A stretch of DNA of 32,000 bases, from the NCBI GenBank assembly GCA_002716355.1, contig PBAU01000013.1, forward strand, positions 1 through 32,000, in the 5' to 3' direction. A program made the translations under genes and the position numbers. Below the pieces are notes generated by a model. The model worked only from the letters and a program-made list of their open reading frames with translations. It was not told where the DNA came from and searched no databases. This DNA is from a bacterium. GTDB taxonomy: Bacteria > UBP7 > UBA6624. Shown here in pieces: positions 24,556 to 31,575 of the stretch (its first letter is position 1; each line of letters starts with the position of its first letter).

Positions 24556-25392
24556 CTAATGCTTATACTGTAAGTATAAATCCCTTAAAGAATCCTTCCA
24601 ATGCGGCATTTCCCCAAAACCTAAATCACTCCATCTTTCCTCTAAAAGTATTGATCTTTTTGGCCTTTTTGCCGCTAGAACGAGATTTTCTGTAGAGATT
24701 CGATTTAGCTGTACATCAATGGATTTAAGCTTGAGGAGCTTGTAGGCAAAATCAAACCAGGATGCCGTCCCTCTTGAAGATATGTGTACAACACCCCTGA
24801 AATCACCTTGCATTAAATCAACCAACCTTTGGGCAAAATCAAAAACATATGTTGGTGAGCCAACTTGGTCATCAACTATATTGAGCTTCTTATTCCTTCT
24901 TGCAGCTTGAGTGATCTTTTCTGGAAAATGATTAGCTCCAATTCCATAAAGCCAAGACGTTCTTGCGATAATTGAATTTGGCACTCGTGCAACCTCAACC
25001 TCTCCAAGCATTTTTGATTTTCCATAAAAATTTATTGGATTAACTTTGTCTGAAAATCTATATTCACCAATGGAACCGTCAAAAACATAATCAGTTGAAG
25101 GATAAACCAATTTAACATTATTACGAATACACCAACTCGACAAAGCTCCGATCGAAAAAGTATTTAATGCTAAACATAATCCTTTTTCTGATTCTGCCTT
25201 GTCTACAAGAGTGTAAGCGGATGCTACCAAGACATGAGTTGGACCAAAAGACTGCAGAGCATCAAAACAGGGATGCTTCTCCATAGGTAAATCATTCCTT
25301 GAAAAATTTACTAAATCAATATTTTTATACTCAGAATAAGCTCTTGCTGCTTGAGCGAGTTGTCCATATTTACCTATTATTGCTAATCTCAT
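24556..25392 (-). CDS. rmlD: dTDP-4-dehydrorhamnose reductase
   Basis: 278 aa. MRLAIIGKYGQLA Rossmann start, the RmlD-typical STDYVFDG, and GSPTYVFDFA. Confidence 0.85.
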   Translation of the reverse strand: MRLAIIGKYGQLAQAARAYSEYKNIDLVNFSRNDLPMEKHPCFDALQSFGPTHVLVASAYTLVDKAESEKGLCLALNTFSIGALSSWCIRNNVKLVYPSTDYVFDGSIGEYRFSDKVNPINFYGKSKMLGEVEVARVPNSIIARTSWLYGIGANHFPEKITQAARRNKKLNIVDDQVGSPTYVFDFAQRLVDLMQGDFRGVVHISSRGTASWFDFAYKLLKLKSIDVQLNRISTENLVLAAKRPKRSILLEERWSDLGFGEMPHWKDSLRDLYLQYKH

Positions 25393-25430
25393 ATTAAAGT
25401 ATTTTATGTTATCCTCTATTCTGTAACAAT

Positions 25431-25694
25431 ATGAATGATTTGTTTGACATTCTTCAAAATTACTCTATTGGATTGCCTAGAGAGTGGGTGGAATTAATAA
25501 TTATTGCCATTTTAGGCTTCATTTTTACTATCATTTATCGAACTTCAAAAATATTCATGAAGGTAACAATTTGGCTTACTGTTGTTGGAGTTATCTTTTT
25601 GTCCATTTACTCATTGCTACAAAAAAACAAGCTGATTGAACAGGATTCAATTTCGCTTGAGCAATCAATGCCCGAGCCAGCAAGTGACAGATGA
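25431..25694 (+). CDS. Small membrane protein (87 aa, two predicted TM helices), unknown function
   Basis: ATG at 25431. Hydrophobic segments LIIIAILGFIFTIIY and VTIWLTVVGVIFLSIYSLL. Its stop overlaps the lpxC start as ATGA, which suggests translational coupling. Confidence 0.5.
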   Translation: MNDLFDILQNYSIGLPREWVELIIIAILGFIFTIIYRTSKIFMKVTIWLTVVGVIFLSIYSLLQKNKLIEQDSISLEQSMPEPASDR

Positions 25695-26479
25695 AAAGAA
25701 AAACAGTTCAAAATTCAATTACTGCAAGCGGCCTAGGTGTTTTTAGCGGCAAGGAAACACAATTAAAAATTTCACCTGGGGATGAAGGTCTGATATTGTC
25801 TTTCGGCGGAAAGTCTATAAGAATTGGTGAAAACTGGAAACACTTGGGCAGATGCTCTTCTGTAAGGGTCAATGACGCTGATATAAAATTGACAGAACAT
25901 TTTTTAGCAGCTGCAAGAATATGGGGGCTTACAGATGCATTCATTGAGATAAGCTTTCCTGAATTTCCAATACTAGATGGATGTGGTTTAGAGTGGTTTC
26001 AAATGCTCGAAAGAGGCAAAGCAAGCTTTTTAGATAAAGAAATTGAAATATTCACCCCATCCAAAACGATAATTTACGCACAAGATGATATCTTCCTTTG
26101 TTGGAAACCGTCAAAAGACTTAAAGGTAACAATTCTTTATCATCATTTAGATGATCGTATTCCTGTTTATTACGAAACATTTGATCTCAAGAATGAAAAT
26201 GATAAAAAAACAATCTTGAAATCAAAAACATTTATTTTTGAAGAGGAGATTAAAGGCTTACTTGAACAAGAAATCATCAATCATGAATCCGAAAAAGCTA
26301 TAAATTCTGTAGAAATAATCGGCCAGAAAGAACCTGGTTTATTCATCCCAGCACATAAATGTTTAGATTTAATAGGCGATATCTATCTTTCAGGTAAATT
26401 TTTTTCAGGAGAATTTTTAAGCGTAAGAGGGGGACATGCATCAAATCAAAAATTATTAGAAAAAGCTTTAAAAAAATAA
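25691..26479 (+). CDS. lpxC: UDP-3-O-acyl-N-acetylglucosamine deacetylase (compact, 262 aa)
   Basis: LTEHFLAA (Glu-His, Zn ligand), FPILDGCGLEWF, SKTFIF, AHKCLDLIGDIYL (His/Asp Zn ligands) and VRGGHASNQKLLEKALKK. Closest in layout to short Aquifex-type LpxC as I recall it. Confidence 0.85.
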   Translation: MKRKTVQNSITASGLGVFSGKETQLKISPGDEGLILSFGGKSIRIGENWKHLGRCSSVRVNDADIKLTEHFLAAARIWGLTDAFIEISFPEFPILDGCGLEWFQMLERGKASFLDKEIEIFTPSKTIIYAQDDIFLCWKPSKDLKVTILYHHLDDRIPVYYETFDLKNENDKKTILKSKTFIFEEEIKGLLEQEIINHESEKAINSVEIIGQKEPGLFIPAHKCLDLIGDIYLSGKFFSGEFLSVRGGHASNQKLLEKALKK

Positions 26480-26498
26480 TCTAGAATCAGAGTCTAGT

Positions 26499-26666
26499 AT
26501 GAACAGTCAATTAATTTTGCCAACAATATTACTCTTTGGTTTTGTTTTCATAATTGCAATGCTTATGAGAAGCCTTAGGCCCAGAAGATCAAGTGCTGGT
26601 TTAAAAAGAGCCAAGTTGAAAAATGAAATTGACAAGATATTAAAAAAAGATAAGGACGGTTTTTAA
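26499..26666 (+). CDS. Small single-pass membrane protein (55 aa), unknown function
   Basis: MNSQLILPTILLFGFVFIIAMLMRSLRPRRSSAGLKRAKLKNEIDKILKKDKDGF is my own translation; the ORF is below the 60-aa cutoff of the track. The TAA at 26664-26666 abuts the purE ATG at 26668. Confidence 0.4.
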   Translation: MNSQLILPTILLFGFVFIIAMLMRSLRPRRSSAGLKRAKLKNEIDKILKKDKDGF

Positions 26667-26667
26667 A

Positions 26668-27114
26668 ATGATTGGAATAGTTTTAGGTTCACCCTCAGAC
26701 AAAAAAATAGCTGATAAGGGAATAGCAATTCTGGAGGATTTAAACATACCTCACAAGTTGTTTATTCTTTCTGCACACAGAACTCCTGACCTTTTGGAAA
26801 AAGCTATTAATGAAAATGGCGATATCAAAGTATGGATTGGTTTTGCAGGCTTAGCTGCGCATCTTTGTGGTGTGATAGCCTCACATACAACAAAACCTGT
26901 TATAGGTGTTCCTGTTGCATCAGGGGCGCTTGCTGGCATGGATTCATTATTGGCAATGGTTCAAATGCCATCTGGTATACCTGTTGGTGTTGTGGGTATA
27001 AACAATGCAAAAAATGGCATGCTCCTAGCATGTCAAATATTAGGCATTGAAGATTCTTCAATATCTGAAAAAATAAAAAACCAGAGGCTCGAATCAAGAA
27101 AAAAATATGGTTGA
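26668..27114 (+). CDS. purE: N5-carboxyaminoimidazole ribonucleotide mutase / AIR carboxylase catalytic subunit
   Basis: 148 aa. IGIVLGSPSD, the PurE signature SAHRTPD, and GLAAHLCGVIASHTTKPVIGVP. Confidence 0.9.
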   Translation: MIGIVLGSPSDKKIADKGIAILEDLNIPHKLFILSAHRTPDLLEKAINENGDIKVWIGFAGLAAHLCGVIASHTTKPVIGVPVASGALAGMDSLLAMVQMPSGIPVGVVGINNAKNGMLLACQILGIEDSSISEKIKNQRLESRKKYG

Positions 27115-27649
27115 TAGATCAAATGATCGCATCTCTTTAAGAGTTGCTTATTTGATTACGGGTATACATGCTGTTCCCGGTTCTAATCTGCTGTTGCTTG
27201 AATCAAGTGATGAACCAGATTCTGTTATACCGGTGGTGATTGGTCATAGAGAAGCTGAGGCTATCCGAGAGGGTTTAACTCAAAACTATAAAGAAAGACC
27301 GTCTCCTTATGACCTGTTTGTAAATATGGTTGAAATAGCCGATCAGGAAGTGGTTGAAGTTTTGATTGACAAGGTAAAAAAGGGAGCCTATCATGCAAAA
27401 ATCACAATTGTTGTTAATGATAAAAAGATTCAACTTGACAGCAGAACTAGTGATGCAATATCAATTGCATTAAGAACTCATTCACCATTTTTTACAACAA
27501 GAGAAGTTTTTGAACTATCAAGAAGAGACAAATCTCAATACGCAGCCTTGATACAAAAACAACCAAAAATTACCAATGATGAAAAAGACGGATCAGAGTT
27601 TAAAGACTTTCTTGATGAGGCTAACCTAGAGGAACTTCAAGAAGAATAA
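27107..27649 (+). CDS. Bifunctional nuclease family protein (DUF151/BFN domain)
   Basis: IPVVIGHREAEAIREGL...RPSPYDLF...YHAKI...DSRTSDAISIALR matches the BFN/DUF151 pattern. 8-nt overlap with purE. Confidence 0.75.
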   Translation: MVDRSNDRISLRVAYLITGIHAVPGSNLLLLESSDEPDSVIPVVIGHREAEAIREGLTQNYKERPSPYDLFVNMVEIADQEVVEVLIDKVKKGAYHAKITIVVNDKKIQLDSRTSDAISIALRTHSPFFTTREVFELSRRDKSQYAALIQKQPKITNDEKDGSEFKDFLDEANLEELQEE

Positions 27650-27650
27650 T

Positions 27651-27740
27651 CGGAGAGTGTGGGATTCGAACCCACGATACAGCTCATCGCCGCATACACG
27701 CTTTCCAAGCGTGCGCCTTCGTCCACTCGGCCAACTCTCC
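27651..27740 (-). tRNA. tRNA-Ser (anticodon GGA), 90 nt, no encoded CCA
   Basis: The minus strand reads GGAGAGT-TG-GCC-GAGTGGACGAA-GGC-G-CACGC-TTGGAAA-GCGTG-(21-nt variable arm)-GTGGG-TTCGAAT-CCCAC-ACTCTCC-G. It has a 7-bp acceptor stem, the 3-bp D stem typical of Ser, a long variable arm and discriminator G. Confidence 0.9.
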
Positions 27741-27779
27741 AACGAAAAAATTCTACCCCCGTATACAATAAAAAACATC

Positions 27780-27929
27780 ATGAAGAAAAGTGAAAATTCA
27801 AACAATGATAAAGATCAATACAGTGTAGGAATGATTGTTTTGAGCATGGCTTTTTTTGCCAGTGAAAATCCTGCCTTAGGTATTATTTTCTTGGTAGTTG
27901 CAATAGCCCCATCCTTAGAGAAAAATTAA
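27780..27929 (+). CDS. Possible small membrane protein (49 aa)
   Basis: The in-frame ATG at 27780 gives MKKSENSNNDKDQYSVGMIVLSMAFFASENPALGIIFLVVAIAPSLEKN, with two hydrophobic stretches. There is no clear SD. The upstream part of the track ORF overlaps the tRNA and is discarded. Confidence 0.25.
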   Translation: MKKSENSNNDKDQYSVGMIVLSMAFFASENPALGIIFLVVAIAPSLEKN

Positions 27930-27945
27930 AAATAAAACCCAAAAA

Positions 27946-28659
27946 CTACATCAAACCATACGAAATCATCTGCTGAGTTGCTAAGTTTGACCAACCTTTA
28001 TTTGCTAAGGGACTTGCTGGTGATGGATGAAGCACTTTGCCAATTTCTACATTTCTATTTTTAAGAATTTTTCTTGCTTTAGATTCTGCATAATTACCGA
28101 TCCCAATAACCCACTTGCAATTCATAGCCATCACCAAATCTAATAAAAATTCACCACATAACTCTTCAAGAGCAAGCCTTTCGGTTAAATTTATTTTTTC
28201 AGGTGTAATGTTCCTGCCTTGGGTGTCAAAAAAAGCCAATGGGCAATAATTATGCACAAAACAATTACAAAAAAAATTATCGGCATTGCTCCAGTTCTCC
28301 TCAACCCACGCCCAAAACCTAGATCCTGAAACCTCCTGTCTGGAACAGGCAAAACCATCAATTGGCCTTTTGTTATGCTCTAAAGCTGGCTTGCCTATTT
28401 TTGTTTCAATTTTTAAAAAATTTTTAACAGGATGAATTGCGCCAAAAGGAATCCCTGTTTGGGCCATGCCCCAAGGTCCAGGATTCATGCCCATAAATAA
28501 TATATCTTTTTGGCCGTTTCCATATTTTTTCAAATATAAACTATATGAATCAACAGCATACTCAATGGGGTTGTAAACAATCAGATCTCTATCAAAAATC
28601 AAATTATTTAGATTGTTTGAAAAAATTTTGACTTTTTGCAAAATGCTATAACCAGTCAT
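27946..28659 (-). CDS. Family 3 (SMUG1-type) uracil-DNA glycosylase
   Basis: FMGMNPGPWGMAQTGIPFG and HPSPASPLANKGW correspond to SMUG1 motifs GMNPGPFGMAQTGVPFG and HPSPRNPQANKGW. ATGA overlap with the upstream MBL gene. Confidence 0.8.
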   Translation of the reverse strand: MTGYSILQKVKIFSNNLNNLIFDRDLIVYNPIEYAVDSYSLYLKKYGNGQKDILFMGMNPGPWGMAQTGIPFGAIHPVKNFLKIETKIGKPALEHNKRPIDGFACSRQEVSGSRFWAWVEENWSNADNFFCNCFVHNYCPLAFFDTQGRNITPEKINLTERLALEELCGEFLLDLVMAMNCKWVIGIGNYAESKARKILKNRNVEIGKVLHPSPASPLANKGWSNLATQQMISYGLM

Positions 28660-29507
28660 AAAAACGTCAACTCTCCGTCTTCAGCAACACCAAAATGATT
28701 TTCTCTTAATTTTTTAAACTCACTACTTGACTTATCCAATAATGGATTTGTTTGATTGAGGTGAATAAATTTCAATTTTCTTTTCATTTCTACACTTAAA
28801 TCTTTCAGATCTTCAATTAAATTTTCAACAAGTGGATGAGGCACTGAATTGATATTTCTTGAATCCAATTCTTTCCTGTTCCAAAATGTACCATCTAGAT
28901 AAAACACGTCTACTTCATGCAGTATCTTCAAAAAATCACCCTTCCATTTCTGCAAACTGTCACAATCAGGAAAATAACCAATTTTTCGGTCGCCTGTTGC
29001 TATAACATAACCAAAAGTATCCCCTTTTGCCCTATGAGGAACCTTTACAGCTTTAGCTTTAATATTTCTAGTCAAATGAAACAAATTTCCTTCCGTTATC
29101 TTTTCAAAAAAAATATTTGTGTTGAATTCAAAAATGTCACAATACTTTTTAATTATTGAAATGTTGTCACAGCTTGAAAAAATTTTAAAATCTTGATGAT
29201 TTAACCCTTCCTTGCTCAACCAACCAAGGCCCCCTATGTGTCCCCAATGGGTATGGGTAATGAGTATTCCTGAAAGAGGGTTTTTTGATAATTCTAAAAG
29301 TTTATCTAGCTGATAAGGCAAATGCGGAGTTGCATCTATCAAAAAACTTTTTTTCTCTATTCTGTCAACAATCCCCAAGCATGTTATTTTTTCTTTGATT
29401 ATTGCATTTTGAAAATATTCTTGCTGTTTCATGTTAAGAGAACCCACATGAGGGTAACCACCATCCTGCACAATACCTAAAACTATTCCAAAAAAATCTT
29501 TACTCAA
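28656..29507 (-). CDS. Metallo-beta-lactamase-fold hydrolase (PqqB/PhnP-like), TTG start
   Basis: GIVLGIVQDGGYPHVG N-terminal strand. The motif ILITHTHWGHIGGL has Gly in place of Asp in HxHxDH. Later features: VPHRAKGDTFGY, FPDCD and FIHLNQTNP. The only in-frame start near the N-terminus is the TTG at 29505-29507. Confidence 0.65.
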   Translation of the reverse strand: MSKDFFGIVLGIVQDGGYPHVGSLNMKQQEYFQNAIIKEKITCLGIVDRIEKKSFLIDATPHLPYQLDKLLELSKNPLSGILITHTHWGHIGGLGWLSKEGLNHQDFKIFSSCDNISIIKKYCDIFEFNTNIFFEKITEGNLFHLTRNIKAKAVKVPHRAKGDTFGYVIATGDRKIGYFPDCDSLQKWKGDFLKILHEVDVFYLDGTFWNRKELDSRNINSVPHPLVENLIEDLKDLSVEMKRKLKFIHLNQTNPLLDKSSSEFKKLRENHFGVAEDGELTFL

Positions 29508-29511
29508 ATGC

Positions 29512-29958
29512 TTATTGCTTCAAATCCTTTTTTAGGATTTCTTGGATTTTTGGTTCAGGTTTCCAGTAACCAGGACCCTTTAAGACTTTACCTCTGTCAT
29601 CATAAATAGGATTTCCATCCTGGTCCAACTTAGAGAAATTTGAATCCATAATAACATTCAAAATATCCTCCATTGGAAGACCCCAGCTTTGAGCCTGGGT
29701 GAAACAATAAACAACTATATCCCCTAGCCAATCAGAAACTGCTGTAAGTATCTCAAGCTGTTCCTCCTTGGACAAATCTTTGCCTTTTTTACCCTTGTAC
29801 ATTTCGAAAATATCTTCAGCTTCCTTTACCTCTTCAAGAATAATATCTTGAAACCCCTCTAAAGTTTTCAATTCACGTAATCTTGGGCTTGAAGGCATAT
29901 CAAGCTTATACATACTGTTGAATTTTTTTATATCATTAATAAATTTTTTAGAAACCAT
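29512..29958 (-). CDS. MazG-like all-alpha nucleoside triphosphate pyrophosphohydrolase (148 aa)
   Basis: Acidic helix pattern ILEEVKEAEDIFE ... DWLGDIVVYCF ... MDSNFSKLDQDGNPIYDDRGKVLKGPGYWKPE is typical of small MazG/DR2231-like NTP-PPases. The ATG directly follows the phoD TAA (TAAATG). Confidence 0.6.
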   Translation of the reverse strand: MVSKKFINDIKKFNSMYKLDMPSSPRLRELKTLEGFQDIILEEVKEAEDIFEMYKGKKGKDLSKEEQLEILTAVSDWLGDIVVYCFTQAQSWGLPMEDILNVIMDSNFSKLDQDGNPIYDDRGKVLKGPGYWKPEPKIQEILKKDLKQ

Positions 29959-31389
29959 TTACTCGTCAATCCTTTCTGCCGACCAAGAATACCGATATTC
30001 ATTTTCATCTGAGAACTTCCACTCTCCAAACATGAAATCCTGATTTCTGCTTAATGAAAATCGCACTTGCCCACTTTTTGGATTAGAGGAAGGGTTTTCC
30101 CATTCAGCTTTCAGAACAATTTTGTCACCAATACGTGTGACCAATCCTCTAAATGTTCCTATTGGCAATCCTGTTTCTGGATCGCTGTAACTACCTAAAT
30201 AATATGTTTTTCCTTTTTCTTTCACTTTCTTAACCTGCATTAAACCATAAGAAGAGTCCCAATCACCTTCAAACTTAGGAGTAAAAAAATTTCGATATAT
30301 AGATGAGCTGATAAGTTTCTTTTCGAGTGTGTATTTAGGATTACTCAGGCTGCTCAAATTAAAAGAATGAAACAACTTCTCCTCTCCTTCAACATTTATT
30401 ATGCCCAGCTTTATCGTTGGGTCGCTGAGGTCCCAATCAATTTCAACAAATCCAAAATTTTTATCAAGAAAAGGTTTTTTTATTCTGTTTTTATTCGGAG
30501 CAACACCGCTCCAAACATTAGTTAACCCACTTGAAGTAAGGTCATAAAGAGGATAAAGCCCTTCTTTTTCAATCATGGATAACTCAGCCCAATGTGTGTC
30601 TCCACTTAAAAAAATTACGCCTTCCGCCTTTGTTTTTTGAATCAATTGGATCATTCTCTCTCTTTCTAACGGCATATTGGCCCAAGCTTCCCATCCATTA
30701 AACTCAGGAAGAAATTGAGTGCTCATGCCAAACAACCTAACCTTTGCTGGAATTTGAAGCTGTTCCTCAAGCCATTGCCATTGCTCCTCACCAAGCATTG
30801 TTGCTTTTTGATCGATTGTTGGAACATATGAACCCATAAATCTTTGAGACATGCGGTCATTTCTTGGGCTTGAAGAAAGCTTGGTGCGAAATGTCCTCAC
30901 ATCCAAAAGGATTAATTGCACTCTTTGTTCTGCAGGGCCAAAAAGATATGAATGATAAATTCCTGGATGTTGCCATCTTTCTGAATCGTTGGGTTCCTCG
31001 AAAAAATCAAGCATTACCTTTTTGGATTCTTCTTTTTTGGGATACTCTAAACCTCCATCGTTGACTCCATAATCATGATCATCCCAGGTTGCAACAACAA
31101 ATGAATTTCTTTTTAACATTTGATAACCGGGTTTTTGTCCAAGCTTCTCATATTGAGCCTTAAGATGATCCATATTTTCAGTATCACCATAAACATTATC
31201 TCCAAGGAACATGAAAACGTCAGGACCCCAATCATTAACTGCAGACCAAATAATCTGCTCTGCATTTTGATTTGCACAGGACCCAAAAGCGATTCTTGTG
31301 ACCACTTTATCAAATGCTTCTTGTGCCTTTAATTCAAATAAATTAAACCAAACAGAGAAAACAAAAAATAATAAAAGTCTTTTACACAT
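29959..31389 (-). CDS. phoD: PhoD-family alkaline phosphatase/phosphodiesterase with signal peptide and an extra C-terminal domain of about 130 aa
   Basis: Start placed at the ATG at 31387-31389 (MCKRLLLFFVFSVWFNLFELKAQ, signal peptide). Metallophosphatase motifs are FLGDNVYGD, ATWDDHDYGVNDGG and LSGDTHWAE. The C-terminal region (from about SLSNPKYT) lies outside the PhoD core. Confidence 0.8.
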   Translation of the reverse strand: MCKRLLLFFVFSVWFNLFELKAQEAFDKVVTRIAFGSCANQNAEQIIWSAVNDWGPDVFMFLGDNVYGDTENMDHLKAQYEKLGQKPGYQMLKRNSFVVATWDDHDYGVNDGGLEYPKKEESKKVMLDFFEEPNDSERWQHPGIYHSYLFGPAEQRVQLILLDVRTFRTKLSSSPRNDRMSQRFMGSYVPTIDQKATMLGEEQWQWLEEQLQIPAKVRLFGMSTQFLPEFNGWEAWANMPLERERMIQLIQKTKAEGVIFLSGDTHWAELSMIEKEGLYPLYDLTSSGLTNVWSGVAPNKNRIKKPFLDKNFGFVEIDWDLSDPTIKLGIINVEGEEKLFHSFNLSSLSNPKYTLEKKLISSSIYRNFFTPKFEGDWDSSYGLMQVKKVKEKGKTYYLGSYSDPETGLPIGTFRGLVTRIGDKIVLKAEWENPSSNPKSGQVRFSLSRNQDFMFGEWKFSDENEYRYSWSAERIDE

Positions 31390-31402
31390 ACAGATTAATT
31401 TT

Positions 31403-31477
31403 ATACGCTTCGCCAGCGCGCAAGCGCATATACATCGCACATAATGCGATCGAACATGCGCGCAAGCGTATGTATAA
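31403..31477. repeat. GC-rich nested inverted repeats plus a 20-nt imperfect direct repeat in the phoD / unknown-gene divergent intergenic region
   Basis: Direct repeat: GCGCGCAAGCGCATATACAT (31416-31435) versus GCGCGCAAGCGTATGTATAA (31458-31477), 16/20 identical with the first 11 identical. Inverted pairs: ATACGCTT(31403-10)/AAGCGTAT(31464-71), GCGCAT(31424-29)/ATGCGC(31456-61) and ATCGCA(31434-39)/TGCGAT(31445-50). Confidence 0.7.
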
Positions 31478-31513
31478 AGAAACCAACAACACTTATCCCA
31501 AGTATATGTATTA

Positions 31514-31529
31514 GTGAATTTAAATTCAC
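31514..31529. promoter_or_regulatory. Perfect 16-bp palindrome (candidate operator)
   Basis: GTGAATTTAAATTCAC, 47 nt upstream of the ATG at 31576 and 125 nt upstream of the phoD ATG on the other strand. Confidence 0.4.
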
Positions 31530-31575
31530 AGCCCTTTATCACATTGATTTTAGGGAATAATTAGGAGGTATATTT

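Noticed and set aside
27657-27779. First 41 codons of the 90-aa plus-strand ORF at 27657-27929.
   Set aside because: It overlaps the minus-strand tRNA-Ser almost completely. Only the downstream part from the ATG at 27780 is kept, as a low-confidence small ORF.
27651-29958. tRNA-Ser as the attachment site of a genomic island carrying the UDG/MBL/MazG-like genes.
   Set aside because: There is no integrase, excisionase or transposase. I could not find a direct repeat of the tRNA 3' end. The flanking genes (purE, BFN nuclease, phoD) look like ordinary chromosomal genes of similar composition.
1079-31332. About 35 ORFs of 60-139 aa in the track that lie inside longer, well-supported genes, mostly antisense (for example 5908-6327 in pilB, 17571-17966 in the GT2/GT-C gene, 23015-23371 in the PLD-like gene) and a few same-strand out-of-frame (for example 1787-1972, 7289-7471, 15577-15783, 20470-20676, 21631-21876, 31113-31313).
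   Set aside because: They are fully embedded in longer ORFs that have clear family motifs. They have no SD sites and no recognisable domains, and their composition is typical of shadow frames in biased-composition DNA.
31390-31542. 51-codon Cys-rich N-terminal extension of the PhoD ORF (MIKGCEFKF...CICACALAKRIKLIC).
   Set aside because: It is the in-frame read-through of the GC-rich palindromic intergenic repeats. The ATG at 31389 gives a normal signal peptide directly before the PhoD domain.
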